DNA of 64,000 bases from the human T2T-CHM13v2.0 reference genome, Homo sapiens: NCBI RefSeq assembly GCF_009914755.1, contig NC_060930.1. One strand, given 5' to 3'. A program made the position numbers and the translations under genes. Under the pieces are notes generated by a model. It worked only from the letters and a program-made list of their open reading frames with translations. It was not told the DNA's origin and did not search any database. This document shows, one piece after another, positions 26,935-38,210 of this stretch. The first letter of the stretch is position 1; every line of letters starts with the position of its first letter.

Positions 26935-29900
26935 ACCCATAGTCTAAACTGGACCATCAATATCAGCACTATAATTTTATTAACAACGGCAGTGTTATCC
27001 AAAGTCATAGGATGGTGGATGTAATCTGAGAAGATGTTGACATTTAAGTAGGGTCCTGTTCTGTCTTTAGCAATTAGTCTAGTTCATCATCATATCATAT
27101 GACCAAAATATTTCCCAGAATAAGGCCACTACAGTTTGCAGGCCTCCATTTGATACTGTCAAATTCTCAAAACAGGAATGGTCTCAGCAATATATGGCTT
27201 CACCTTTTCAGGCTTCTGGTATAATTGAGCTAAGAGACCATATCATGTCTTACTCTGAGTCTCTTTCAAGGCATTAATGTTATATTGAGTTTCCTTCATT
27301 GCATAATCCATTTGTTCATTTATGTACCTTCAACTACTATTCCTCCTTCTCTTAAAGTCAGATTTTACCCTATTGGAAGGTACATTAGGATCAGCTACTG
27401 TGCTGGACTGCAGGCAGCAATACTAGTGTAGTAAGTGCCTCTCTGTCAGCCCACTCCCATCCATATAGGGCAGACTGGGTACAGAATATGTGGGCTATCT
27501 TACCCACTAAGACATACAGCTGTGTTCACCATCAACTCTAGTTTTTCCAGATGGGGTGAGTACGGTTCACCCCATCAGGACCTTGGGAACTGTGACACTA
27601 AGGTTTAAAGCTATATTTGCACTTTCTTGCTTCCAGCAAGGATCATTCCAGCTCTGGCACTTACCATTGAAGTTTAAGCTTTGGGACCACTGCATTAGGT
27701 TAAAAAAACAAGGTAATATGGAGATTTAAAAAGTTGAGGTGATATGGGGAAAATTGTATAGTTATGTCAGCATTCTCCCTTGCCCCCTGTTCCTTGGGTC
27801 CAACATAAAAGTGGAAGAATCTGTCCAATGGGGTCCCTCCCTTGCTTCCCTCCCCATGTTGAATGTAAGCACACATTAGTGAAGATGTGTAAACCAGTCC
27901 TTCATTCCTGAAACAACCCATGTTTCAATTGCTCTTTCTAATTCACTGTCAAACCATTCTTCCAAGGATGTCATTTCTCTGCCCATTATTGTTGCCAATG
28001 TAAAGTGTATTTTGTAGTCTGTAAAAATGTGACTTGGTGGTCCAAACTGGTGCAATATCTTCTGTTCTGGCTCTTTTGTAGTACTCTCAATATTTGCATC
28101 TACTAGCAGGTAAGCAAATCTTAGTCCAGAGTAAGTGTTTCTTCTTATTAGGACACATTTGTAGCCTCATGGAGCTAATGATATCAGTCTAACTTTCCAG
28201 TTAATTGCAAGGCCTTATTCCTCCCAGGGAGTCTTCCCCATAGCCATCTGCAGTCTCTGTATCACTCGTTGCTAAACAGAACAGTTATTCTTGGCATTTT
28301 ACGCATTAGAGTGCAATTCTAATGCAAATTCTACAAAAAGAATATGTCTAGATTCAGTCCATCTCTGCGTTGTTGTGGTACCTCCATTATTCCCCCTCAT
28401 TTCATGGACCCAGGTGGCCACCTCAGTCAAGCACAACAGGAAATCTGTTAATCATTTCTGACCACCTTTCCATTCTGGAAGGGGGCTCCTTTGATGGGCA
28501 TCAACATGGCTTAATGTAATGAACACCTCAAATTACATAGTGATGTCTACAGGGCCATGCACCATATTGGTATCACTTTAATAGGCTATTTTTTCATTGG
28601 CCTGTTACCTGACCCTATGGCCAGACTTTGGACAAAACAAAAATGTAGGGGGCAAACCACTCAATTCATCCCATCAAGCTTATTTTTTCTACCTTCTTCT
28701 GTCAGAATTATAACCTTCCAAACAGGATGTTGTCCATTTACCTTGAGACTGCCATCTCTAAACCAAGAAGTTCCTTTTTTGGTCAGCCAAGAGCTATTTG
28801 TGGTCAGCAGTCAAGTAGCAATAGGATCTGGTTACCATTCAGGTGGGTTCCACAGTCTTAGGAAAAAAGACGCTCTCTGCTTGTTAGTACCTTCTTGTGT
28901 TGTTCTAGTAGCATTTTCTTATATAATTCATTTCATTTGTCTTTTAGAACTCTTCTGGAATTTGCCCTTCTTATTAGAACATTTATCTGACACCACTCAA
29001 TATATTTTAGGCATTCAGTCTTCAAAATTATTTTTTGCCTTTCATCTACAGGGCAGTGTCAATCAAAGGCCAATATTTAGCCACTAATTGCCTCTTACAT
29101 TGACATTTTCTGGCCTGAAATTCCAGTAGTTGTGGCTAGGTGCTGCTAATAGGATTTTGCAGTAGTCACCATCTATGTTTTCCTTAGACTACTGTACAGA
29201 TAATTTGCTGGTATCAGCATTCCAACTTCTATTCTATGCTGTTTAAAATTAATGACTTGTATGGGCTCTGAAAATCTTATTGGCTCTTATTTAGTACAGC
29301 CATGCATCACTCAAAGACAGAAATATATTTTGAAAATGTTTTGTTGGGTGATTTTATCCTTATTTAAACATCTTAGAGTGTACTCACACAAAACTAGATG
29401 ATATAGCCTACTACACACCTAGGCTATATGGTCTAGTGTATTGTTCCAAGGTTGTGACCATGTACAGCATGTTACTCTATTGAATACTGCAGGCAATTGT
29501 AATACAATGCTAATAATTTGTGTATCTAATTACATCTAAACATAAAAAGTTACAATAAAAATGTGGTATAAAAGATAAAAAATGGTACAACTGTATAGGG
29601 CACTTGGTGGCATGAATGGAGTTTGCAGGACAAGGAGGTGCTCTGGATGAGTCAGTGAGTGAGTAATGAGTGGATGGGAAGGCCTAGGACATTACCATAC
29701 ACTGCTATAGACTTTATAAACACTGTATACGTAGGCAACACTAAATTTATTTTAAAATATTTTAATTGTTGAATAATACATTAACCTTAGATTACTATAA
29801 CTTTTTAGCTTAATAAATTTAAATTTTTCGAATTTTATGACTCTTGTAACAGCTTAAAACATATTGTACTACTGTAAAAGTTATATTCTTTATGTTTTAT

Positions 29901-31330
29901 TCTATAAACTTTTCTCTATTTTTACATTTTTATTTATTTTTACTTTTTACACTTTTTTGTTGTTGTTACAAGTTAGACATGTAGCCTCGGCCTACAGAGG
30001 GTCAGGATCATTGATATCACTGTCTTCCATCTCCACATCTTGTCCCACTGGAAGGTCTTCAGAGGCAGTAACACACATGGAGCTCTCATCTCCTATGATA
30101 ACAATGCCTTCTTCTAAAATACCTCCTGAAGAGCCTGCCTGAGGCTGTTAGAAAGTTTACTTTTTTTAATAAGTAGAAGAAGTATACTCTAAAATAATGA
30201 TAAAATGTATATTATAGTAAATCCTAGGAAATAAGAATTTTTCAGCTTCACTAAAATCTTATGGGACTATTGCCATATAGGTAGTCCATTGTTACCTGAA
30301 ACATTGTTATGTGACCCATAACTGTATATTCAATTAATATGGCCTGAAGGGTGAATTTATGTGCATTCTGTTTTGTGATACTGGGTATGGAACATGTTCC
30401 CCTGTCAGATATAATATATTTATTTCTGTAATCACCCCAAGCTTATGATATATTCAGGTAGAGGAGATGCTACCACTTCACATAAAGTCTGCTCAAATAT
30501 TCCAATATTCATCCAATTTTTCTCCATAATATCTCAACCCTTGCATTTCTATATCCTCTAAATTCAATTGTAGCCCCTGGTAGTGCTTCAACAATGGGTT
30601 TAGTATCTCAGTGCATGGGGGTCCCATGTCAAGTAGTCCCAGAAACATGTTTTCTCTATACCCTCAGCATTTTACCCACTCATCTACACAAAGCGTTGAG
30701 TCTCCAGTAGGGGACTCAATCTTTGCAGTGATGAGATTTCTTCTGGGATCATCACCTAGATAATTCAAAGTCCTTGTTTCTTAAATTCATCCAAACTAGG
30801 TGAATAAAAGGTTTTTTTTGGTGGACCAACAGGGGCTCCCACTTGTCAATCTATCCTCTGAGCGTGGTTGGTCTGAGCGTGGGGGCCAACAGGGGCTCTT
30901 ACTGGTCAATCCAACCCCTGAGTGTGCTGCATTAAGATCTTTGTTTTCACCCCATCAATGTCTACTTTATTCAACTCATTTAAAAATAACTGCTTCAAGA
31001 TTTTCATCCTACTGGGATGAGTTCCTTAACTCTCCCCTATCTCTTTCCTCTATGTTTTGCCCTCACGCATGCTTGATTTATTTACCCCATTTTAAAATAA
31101 CTGTTTAGTTATTTCCACGCTGGTGGATTGAATTCCTTGATTCTCCTTTTTGCTTTTTCCTATTATCTTGGGACTCAGTCTAAACCTTCTTCAATATTTG
31201 TTGTTTCAGCATAACTTTTCATTTTGGAAATGGCTCTGAAGCTAGCAGTTCTGCCTCAGGCCAGCCAGAATCTAAACTTTATCTAGTATCAGGTTCTCCT
31301 CCAAAACATTGCTATAGTGGGTGCTCTGAG
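26935..31330 (-). mobile_element. Decayed class III (ERV-L-like) internal region: pro, partial pol (RNase H, integrase), possible dUTPase
   Basis: Manual minus-strand translation: FLGLLDMG (protease, ~30620-30645), KRQLVAKYWPLIDT (tether, ~29060-29097), HVDAH (RNase H, ~28495-28508), ATWVHEMRG (integrase Zn finger, ~28392-28418), NTYSGLRFAY and LHQFGPPSH (integrase core); outer boundaries approximate. Confidence 0.85.
29297..30324 (-). mobile_element. Tigger3b/MER7-type non-autonomous DNA transposon inserted in the ERV
   Basis: TA|CAGCCATGC...CATAACTG|TA termini; ATAGCCTACTACACACCTAGGCTATATGG internal hallmark. Confidence 0.9.
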
Positions 31331-31964
31331 ACTAGAGGCCATAGTTCCTAGGCGCTAGGAAAAGGAGCAAATGGGGGAAAATATAGAAGAAAATATTAAA
31401 AGGACATACAGTGAGGAAATAATATAAAAACAGAGTTGTAATGTGTAAATAATCAGAACTCAAAAGCATTAACAATATCATACACAGACATTAAGAAACG
31501 CTGACCGTCTGTTCTCTATAGCACATATGCAAGAAATTAAAGGACAACAATAAAGCCTAAAACATTGAGATACTGGCCCACAATTTCCTGGCAAACAATA
31601 CTTGTCAGCTTTCTGTGTAAAAAAAATGTGTCTTCAGTGCTGAATGCAAATTGAATAATGTATTTGTTTTCAATTATAATGTTTGTTTAGATATTAGGTT
31701 AAGTGCAAGGTTGAAGATAAGATACAACTAGATGATTCTTGAGCAAAATTTTTTTGTTTTGTTTCAAGTTTCAGATTAGGAAGATATTGATTATATGGAA
31801 TATCAGGAAACTTAACTGGCTAGAGTGAATTTTCTGTCATTGTATTATATACTGTGTTGAATATACAACAGCATAAAAAATGCTGTCGTAAGTCCTAAAT
31901 GATTAATTCTTAGCTATTTCTTATATTTCTACCTAATAAATACGAGTTTTTGGTAACGGCTAAT

Positions 31965-32142
31965 TTTTTTCTGCTTTATTGTGATGTGAGACAAATACAA
32001 ATTATATATATTTAAAGTGTAAAACATAATGTTGTGATATATGTGTGTGTCGTGAAGTGATTAATCAGGTTAATGAACATATCTATCACCTCACATCATT
32101 AACACTTGTGTGTTTGTGTGTAGTGAGAATACTTAAGATCTA
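31965..32142 (-). mobile_element. L1MA-type 3' end fragment
   Basis: TATATATTTAAAGTGTAAAACATAATGTTG...AACATATCTATCACCTCACAT...GTGAGAATACTTAAGATCTA. Confidence 0.75.
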
Positions 32143-32669
32143 ATCTGTAGTTCCTGCTAATTTTTAAAAATTAGGTAAGATTTAAAAAATCTAGAGAATG
32201 ATATAAACCATTGCATACACCACAGGTATCTTCAGAAAAGAGAGCATTTTCTAGGGTTTCTGCATATGACTGTATAGGTCATGGTATATTTACTTGTGAG
32301 GGTGGTATTTGTACAGACTACCATGAGGTGGCTCCCCTGAAGTTGCACACCAGGCTGACACACTTTGTAATGTCTGCTACAGAATTTTTAAAAGAAATAA
32401 AACATACAATTGAAGCACTTCTTTTTACCTTTCCTTAACCCTATTCCTCCTAAAAATAGAAAAATAAGTCTAAGGTTCATGCATATTTTTCCTCATAGTA
32501 TTTTTACATTTTTAAAATGCTTTTTTTTTAAAAAAAAGATAATGAGTAGAAGGAATTGAAATCCTTCTATTAATAGTGTTTGTCACTCTTATTATCAAAT
32601 GGTTGTAATTAAAGCATTATATCCTACCTACTTTAAGAGCAAATTTAACAGAAAAAATATCTAGGACAA

Positions 32670-32832
32670 ATTTTCCCAAGTGTGGTTACTAATGCACGAG
32701 CACTATTTGGATAACTTGTTCTAAATGTAGAATTCCAGACTCTACTCCCTGTGCCCATATCCTAAAACCTAATGCCAGAGAAGCTCTTCAGGTGATTCTC
32801 ACATTCAGTAAACTTAAGGAACTCATGGTCTA
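32670..32832. mobile_element. MER5-like hAT-Charlie fragment
   Basis: TTTCCCAAGTGTGGT...AATGTAGAATTCCAG...AGCTCTTCAGGTGATTCTCAC...GGAACTCATGGTCTA. Confidence 0.55.
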
Positions 32833-33501
32833 AGATGAAATAGTCATGTGACTGTAGGCTATCTAATTTCATACTTACAACTAAAAGCCCTTATTATGGT
32901 TTGAATATGTGATAAGTATATCCATAATGATAATTAGTAGCAGCTAAAACATGTAAACGATGTTAGTCTGTTTTATGCCCAAGGAAGTTTATCTTTTATT
33001 GAAAGATAATTTTATGCACTACTAAAAAAAACCATACCAATTAAGTCAGAAAAAATTGCTTTCTTATCACTTAAATTTGTATATTGATCGAAATAGCTCT
33101 TATTGACTTGAAATAGAAAACATGCAACCTGTTCTCATGATCTGAATCCTTTAGAAGCTTTATTATTGATAGCATAATTTTGAGTCATGTCGATTCTAGC
33201 AGAATTTTTTTATTTGATAAGACTTCAGCCTCATATTTGCATCAGTTGAATCACATGCCACTGGAAGAAGTTATGCAGCTCCTGTTCAAATTTAGAAGTT
33301 TCTCACAAATCAATGTTTGATGACTTAATGATCACATGACTGTTCAATACATGAATCACATGACTTAGTCACTCCAAATTCTCAGGGCTTTGAGATGGCT
33401 TTCAATTATTTGGGTGATTTGCCAGTATTTTTCTTGTAATAGTGGTACGTGATACTAAGTAGATTTCTTGCAAAAGTAGCCTTAATTCTCCATTGTTTTC
33501 T

Positions 33502-33812
33502 TTTTTCTTTCTTTCTTTCTTTTTTTTTTTTTTTTTCCAAGATGGAGTCTAGCTCTGTAGCCGAGGCTGGAGTGCAGTGGTGCAATCTCGGCTCACTACA
33601 AACTCTGCCTCCTGGCTTCAAGCGATTCTCCTGCCTCAGCCTCCTGAGTAGCTGGGATTACAGGTGCCTGCCGTCACGCCCAGCTAATTTTTGTATTTTT
33701 AGTAGAGACGGGGTTTCACTATGTTGGCCAGGCTGGTCTCGAACTCCTGACCTCGTGATCTGCCCACCTCAGCCTCCCAAAGTGCTGGGATTACAAGCAT
33801 GAGCCACCATGC
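33502..33812 (-). mobile_element. Alu (AluS)
   Basis: Near-complete dimer; TSD AATTCTCCATTGyTTTCT at ~33484 and ~33837. Confidence 0.96.
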
Positions 33813-33869
33813 TTTCTAATTGCCAATTAGAAAGCCAATTCTCCATTGCTTTCTAAATGCATACTACTT

Positions 33870-34112
33870 ACAGTGTGACATTTCAGCCCCTTCTATCAAG
33901 GGAAGGGGCCTGCTTCACCACCCCTTGTGTCTGCATTGGCCTTGTCACTTGCTTGAACTAAAAAAAATGTGGTAGAAGTAGCAGTGTACCAATTTGGAGC
34001 CTAGTCCTCAAGAGAACTTGGACATGTTTCTTTAGTCACTTTAAACATCTCCTGTCATGTGAACAAGCCCAGCCTAGCCTGCTGGAAGATGAGAGACTGT
34101 GTGGACCAGAGC
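33870..34112 (+). mobile_element. MLT1 (F/G/H-like) MaLR LTR fragment
   Basis: GGCCTTGTCACTTGCTTG...GAGCCTAGTCCTCAAGAG...CATGTGAACAAGCCCAGCCTAGCCTGCTGGAAGATGAGAGAC. Confidence 0.75.
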
Positions 34113-35439
34113 ATTTCATTCCTCCAATGAAGTATGAAACTTGAAGTATTTACTTCAAGTTGATGCTCTGACTGTTTTGTTTCTGAGCATTTCTGTGTAA
34201 AATGACATTTCATTTTGAAGCAGAATCAGAATGTAATCTCTGTGAAACTAATTAAATTCCACACATGAACTAGCAATAGTACCTATACTCAAAGTGGTAA
34301 CAATATAAACAGTTGTGATAAGTTTGTACATATAAGGCAATGAATATATCATGGCTGGCCCCTGCCTAATAGTGCTTTTAAGATGCTTCAGATATCAGAG
34401 ATTAATACTAAGTGTGCCCACTTCTTGCACATGCACCCTCTGTTGTAGGATAGTTTGTTCCATTACACTAAATTAACATATTGAGGAGTTAATGAATTTT
34501 CATTTAATACACATGTAATCTCTAATCTGACCTGTATTACAACATTTTGCCAATTCATTTTGACTTTTAATTCTTATATTTTTGAGCACGCAGAATATTT
34601 AAGGATATATAAAAATTAAAAAGCATATATATTCTCCTTTCTTGCTTTCCCATTTTTTTAATGTTAGAAAGTCTTCTATTCAGAAATTTAATAAATATTT
34701 ACTTCTATTTTAAAAATATTTGTTTATAAATTAATACACATAATACATAATAATTAGAAAATTTGTGGAATGTAGAAAAATCACAAAAGAGAAAATATAA
34801 TCATTCAGAATCTCACTCTAGAACTATTAATATTTATAATTATTTTAACCTTCTTGGTTTATATATATATTCTTTATATTATCAATGTTTGTGAATAATC
34901 AATCACATTCTTATCTCCCTTTGAGTTTGGAACAAATTGCGAAATAATCTAAGAATTTGAAAAATGAAAGTTATGTTATCAGGTCTGTTATTGAAAACTT
35001 TGTAGACTGTAGCTGGACTTCTGACCAGCATCGAACTATTTATGATTTAATCTTATACATAAATTTATTAACCTAATTGCAGGCAGAGCACAGATGAAAT
35101 GTCTCATGGAGGGTAGGACCAGAGACAGGCCTGAAAAGACAAAAAGGAAGATCCCGTTTCTAAAAACCCACTAGATTAATGACTTAGAGGAATGGGGTAG
35201 ATAGCAGAAAGAAGTGATAAAGCTACTTCAAAAAGAAGAGAAGTTTATATTCAGTGAATCCTGGAAAAAAATCTGGAAGATCATGACACCAGTTTCTGTT
35301 ATAAAGATTGTGCACGCTCTTGTGAAATCTCTTCCCCTACCCATTTCAGAGTCTATTAAAAACACTTCCTAATTTTAAGCTCTTACTCAATAGCTTAAAC
35401 TGCTTATTATGGCAATATATGGCTATCCCACAGTATGCT

Positions 35440-36845
35440 TAAATAATTACCAAATGTTGGACATTAAGTTTGTTTCCAAGATTTTGTTAATATCAATTAG
35501 AGTGTGCTAAATATACTTGAAGAAAAGTCCTTGCATATGTAATATCATATATATATGCAATATATGTAAAATTGAATATATAATCATATATATTTATGTA
35601 GTTTTTAGAAATATGTTCCTGAGGTGCTATTCAACTCTTGTTTCTTATGTGAACTGCCATTTTTTTTATGTTAAGAAAGTCTAACAGTTCAAAACACTTT
35701 GAGGATGTCACTCTTTCTGATACCAACATAACATATATTTCCAGTTTGATAGATAATTCATCATATATTAATTTTGATTTTCTTTTACTTTTGCTTTGAA
35801 ATAGAGCTGAATATTTTTTCTGTTCATTTGCTATTTGAGTTTCTTTTATAAATGTCAGGTTATATCTTTTGTTTACTTTTTTATTGGTGTTTTTATTATT
35901 CATTTGAAAGAATTCTTCACATATAAAATTTAGTAACTCTTTGAATGTATGTTTCAATATGTAATGGTATTTTGAAGTACAGAAGTTCTAACACAATATT
36001 TTTTATTCTCATTGTTCTGTATCTTTATGGTTCTTACTTTTGGTGTCAAACTAGAAAGAACTTTCCTCTTTTAGATAAAATAATTTTTTTTCTAAACTGT
36101 TTTTGGTTCTCATAGATTTTATTTTGGTACTTAAACTCTTAAAAGTTACTAGAAAACTTTTGAGAGAAAAAGTTAACAATTTGACCCATTTCCCCCTATT
36201 CATCAAAAGTATACTTTAAAACATTATTTATGTTATGTTAACTAATCCTCAATAATTTTGAATACCACATTTTATCACATTTTAAATAATTGTTAGCTTA
36301 AACTGCTTATATTGTTATAACTGGATTTTCTGTGCTCTTTCATTGACTTGTGTATCTATTTATAATATTTATAGTTATTTATACTGAATACCAAAATTTT
36401 GGTAAGTGTCTAATTTTCCTACTACTCATTACTTTCATTAAAAATATATTTCCTTCACTGAATTACCAATGATTTTTTAAAATCTAAACACACATAATCA
36501 CATCATTAATCTGGAAGTTTGATTTGAGTTGCATTACATGTAAATAAGTGTGGAGAAGAAGAGGAATTTCATATAAATGGAATCATACAATACCTGCCTT
36601 TTGTGTATGGCTTCTTTCATTTAGCATAATGTTTTCAAGGTTCATCCACATTGCAGCATTTATTGGTACTTCATATCCTCTTATGGTTGAATTCATTTTC
36701 TATTGTTTATGTGTACCACATTTTGTTTATCTGTTCATCTATTGATAGAAATTCGGTTCATTTCCACCTTCTGGCTATTTTGAATATTGCTGCCATGAAC
36801 ATTCATATACAAATGTCTGTTTGAGTACTTGTTTTCCGCTCACTG
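35440..36845 (-). mobile_element. Old L1M (L1ME/L1MB) fragments
   Basis: Degenerate ORF2 3' text; clear L1MB-type 3' piece at 36567-36840 (CATATAAATGGAATCATACAATA...GGCTTCTTTCATTTAGCATAATGTTTTCAAGGTTCATCCA). Confidence 0.6.
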
Positions 36846-37349
36846 TATTGTAACTGAAGTCCTCCCCTACTCTAGGTTCATAAACATAATGGCAGATAAG
36901 ATATTCCAGTATACTTACAGTATATAGAGTTTTGCTCTATGTACGTCTTTAATCTGAAATTTATTTTCCCTGTGTGATGATAAAGGGATTATATTTTTAT
37001 TTTTAAAGAAATTAATAGGCAAGTACCTCAACCTTGTTATTGAACAGTGTCCTTTTCTACTGAAACGAAATCTGTTTCTATTTCCATCTTATACTGTGGT
37101 TTAGGGTTCTATTCTGCTCTACCAACTTTTTCCCTTCTTATTCAAAACTGTTATCCTATTTTCTTCACCTATTTGGATAATCACAGATGTTTAATGGACA
37201 TGCTGAACTTTGTTTTGGTGACAGTGTTGTGAAAAATTAGTCTACATGGTTCCCCAAATGTTCAAAGAACTATACAGTCTCTTGGTTTCTGTCAATTTCA
37301 GATTGATCTTTGTAATTTAAGCACCAGATTGTGATTAAAATAATTTTCC

Positions 37350-37653
37350 TTTTTTTTTTTTTCCTTGAGACAGAGTCTTGCTTTGTTGCCCAGGCTGGCT
37401 GGGGATTGCAGTGGCGTGATCTTGGCTCACTGCGACCTCTGCCTCCCAGGTTCAAGGAATTCTCCTGCCTCAGCCGCCTTGAGTAGCTGGGACTACCGGT
37501 GCAGGAAACCATGCCAGGCTAATTTTTGTATTTTTAGTAGAGACGGGGTTTCACCATGTTGGTCAGGATGGTCTCGATCTCCTGAACTCGTGATCCACCT
37601 GCCTCGGCCTCCCAAAGTGCTGGGATTACAGGCGTGAGCCACCGCAGCCGGCC
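37350..37653 (-). mobile_element. Alu (AluS)
   Basis: Full dimer, TSD AATTTTCC. Confidence 0.96.
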
Positions 37654-38184
37654 AATTTTCCATTTTACATTCAACCCTTACACAATAAATTCTTAGTAAA
37701 GAATCCTTACCAAATTATTTTTAAAAAATCATTTCAACTTTTATTTGAGATGGGCACCTAGGTTGATTCCATGTGTTTGCTATTGTGAATAGTCCTGCGA
37801 TGAACACAGGCATACGTGTGTCTTTTTGGTAGAATGATTTATTTTGGGGGATATATACCCAGTAATGGGATTGCTGGGTCAGATGTTAGTTCTGTTTTAA
37901 GTTCTTTGAGGAATTTCCAGACTGCTTTCCACAGTGGCTGAACTAATTTACACTCCCACCAGCATTCCCTTTTCTCTGCAGACTCTTCAGCACTCGTTGT
38001 TTTTTGACTTTCTGGTAATAGCCATTCTGACTGATGTAAGATGGCATCTCATTGTGGTTTTGACTTGTATTTTTCTGATGATTAGTAATGTTGAACATTT
38101 TTTCATAAGCTTGTTAACTGTTGGTATGTCTTCTTTTGAGGAGTGTCTGTTTATATCTTTTGCCCACTTTTTAATGGAGCTATT

Positions 38185-38210
38185 TGTTGTTGTTGTTGTT
38201 GTTGTTGTTT
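38185..38210. repeat. (GTT)n microsatellite
   Basis: About 8 GTT units. Confidence 0.9.

Noticed and set aside
35050-35345. Purine-rich stretch as a processed pseudogene fragment
   Set aside because: No sustained ORF or recognisable peptide; more likely an old LTR remnant that I cannot assign
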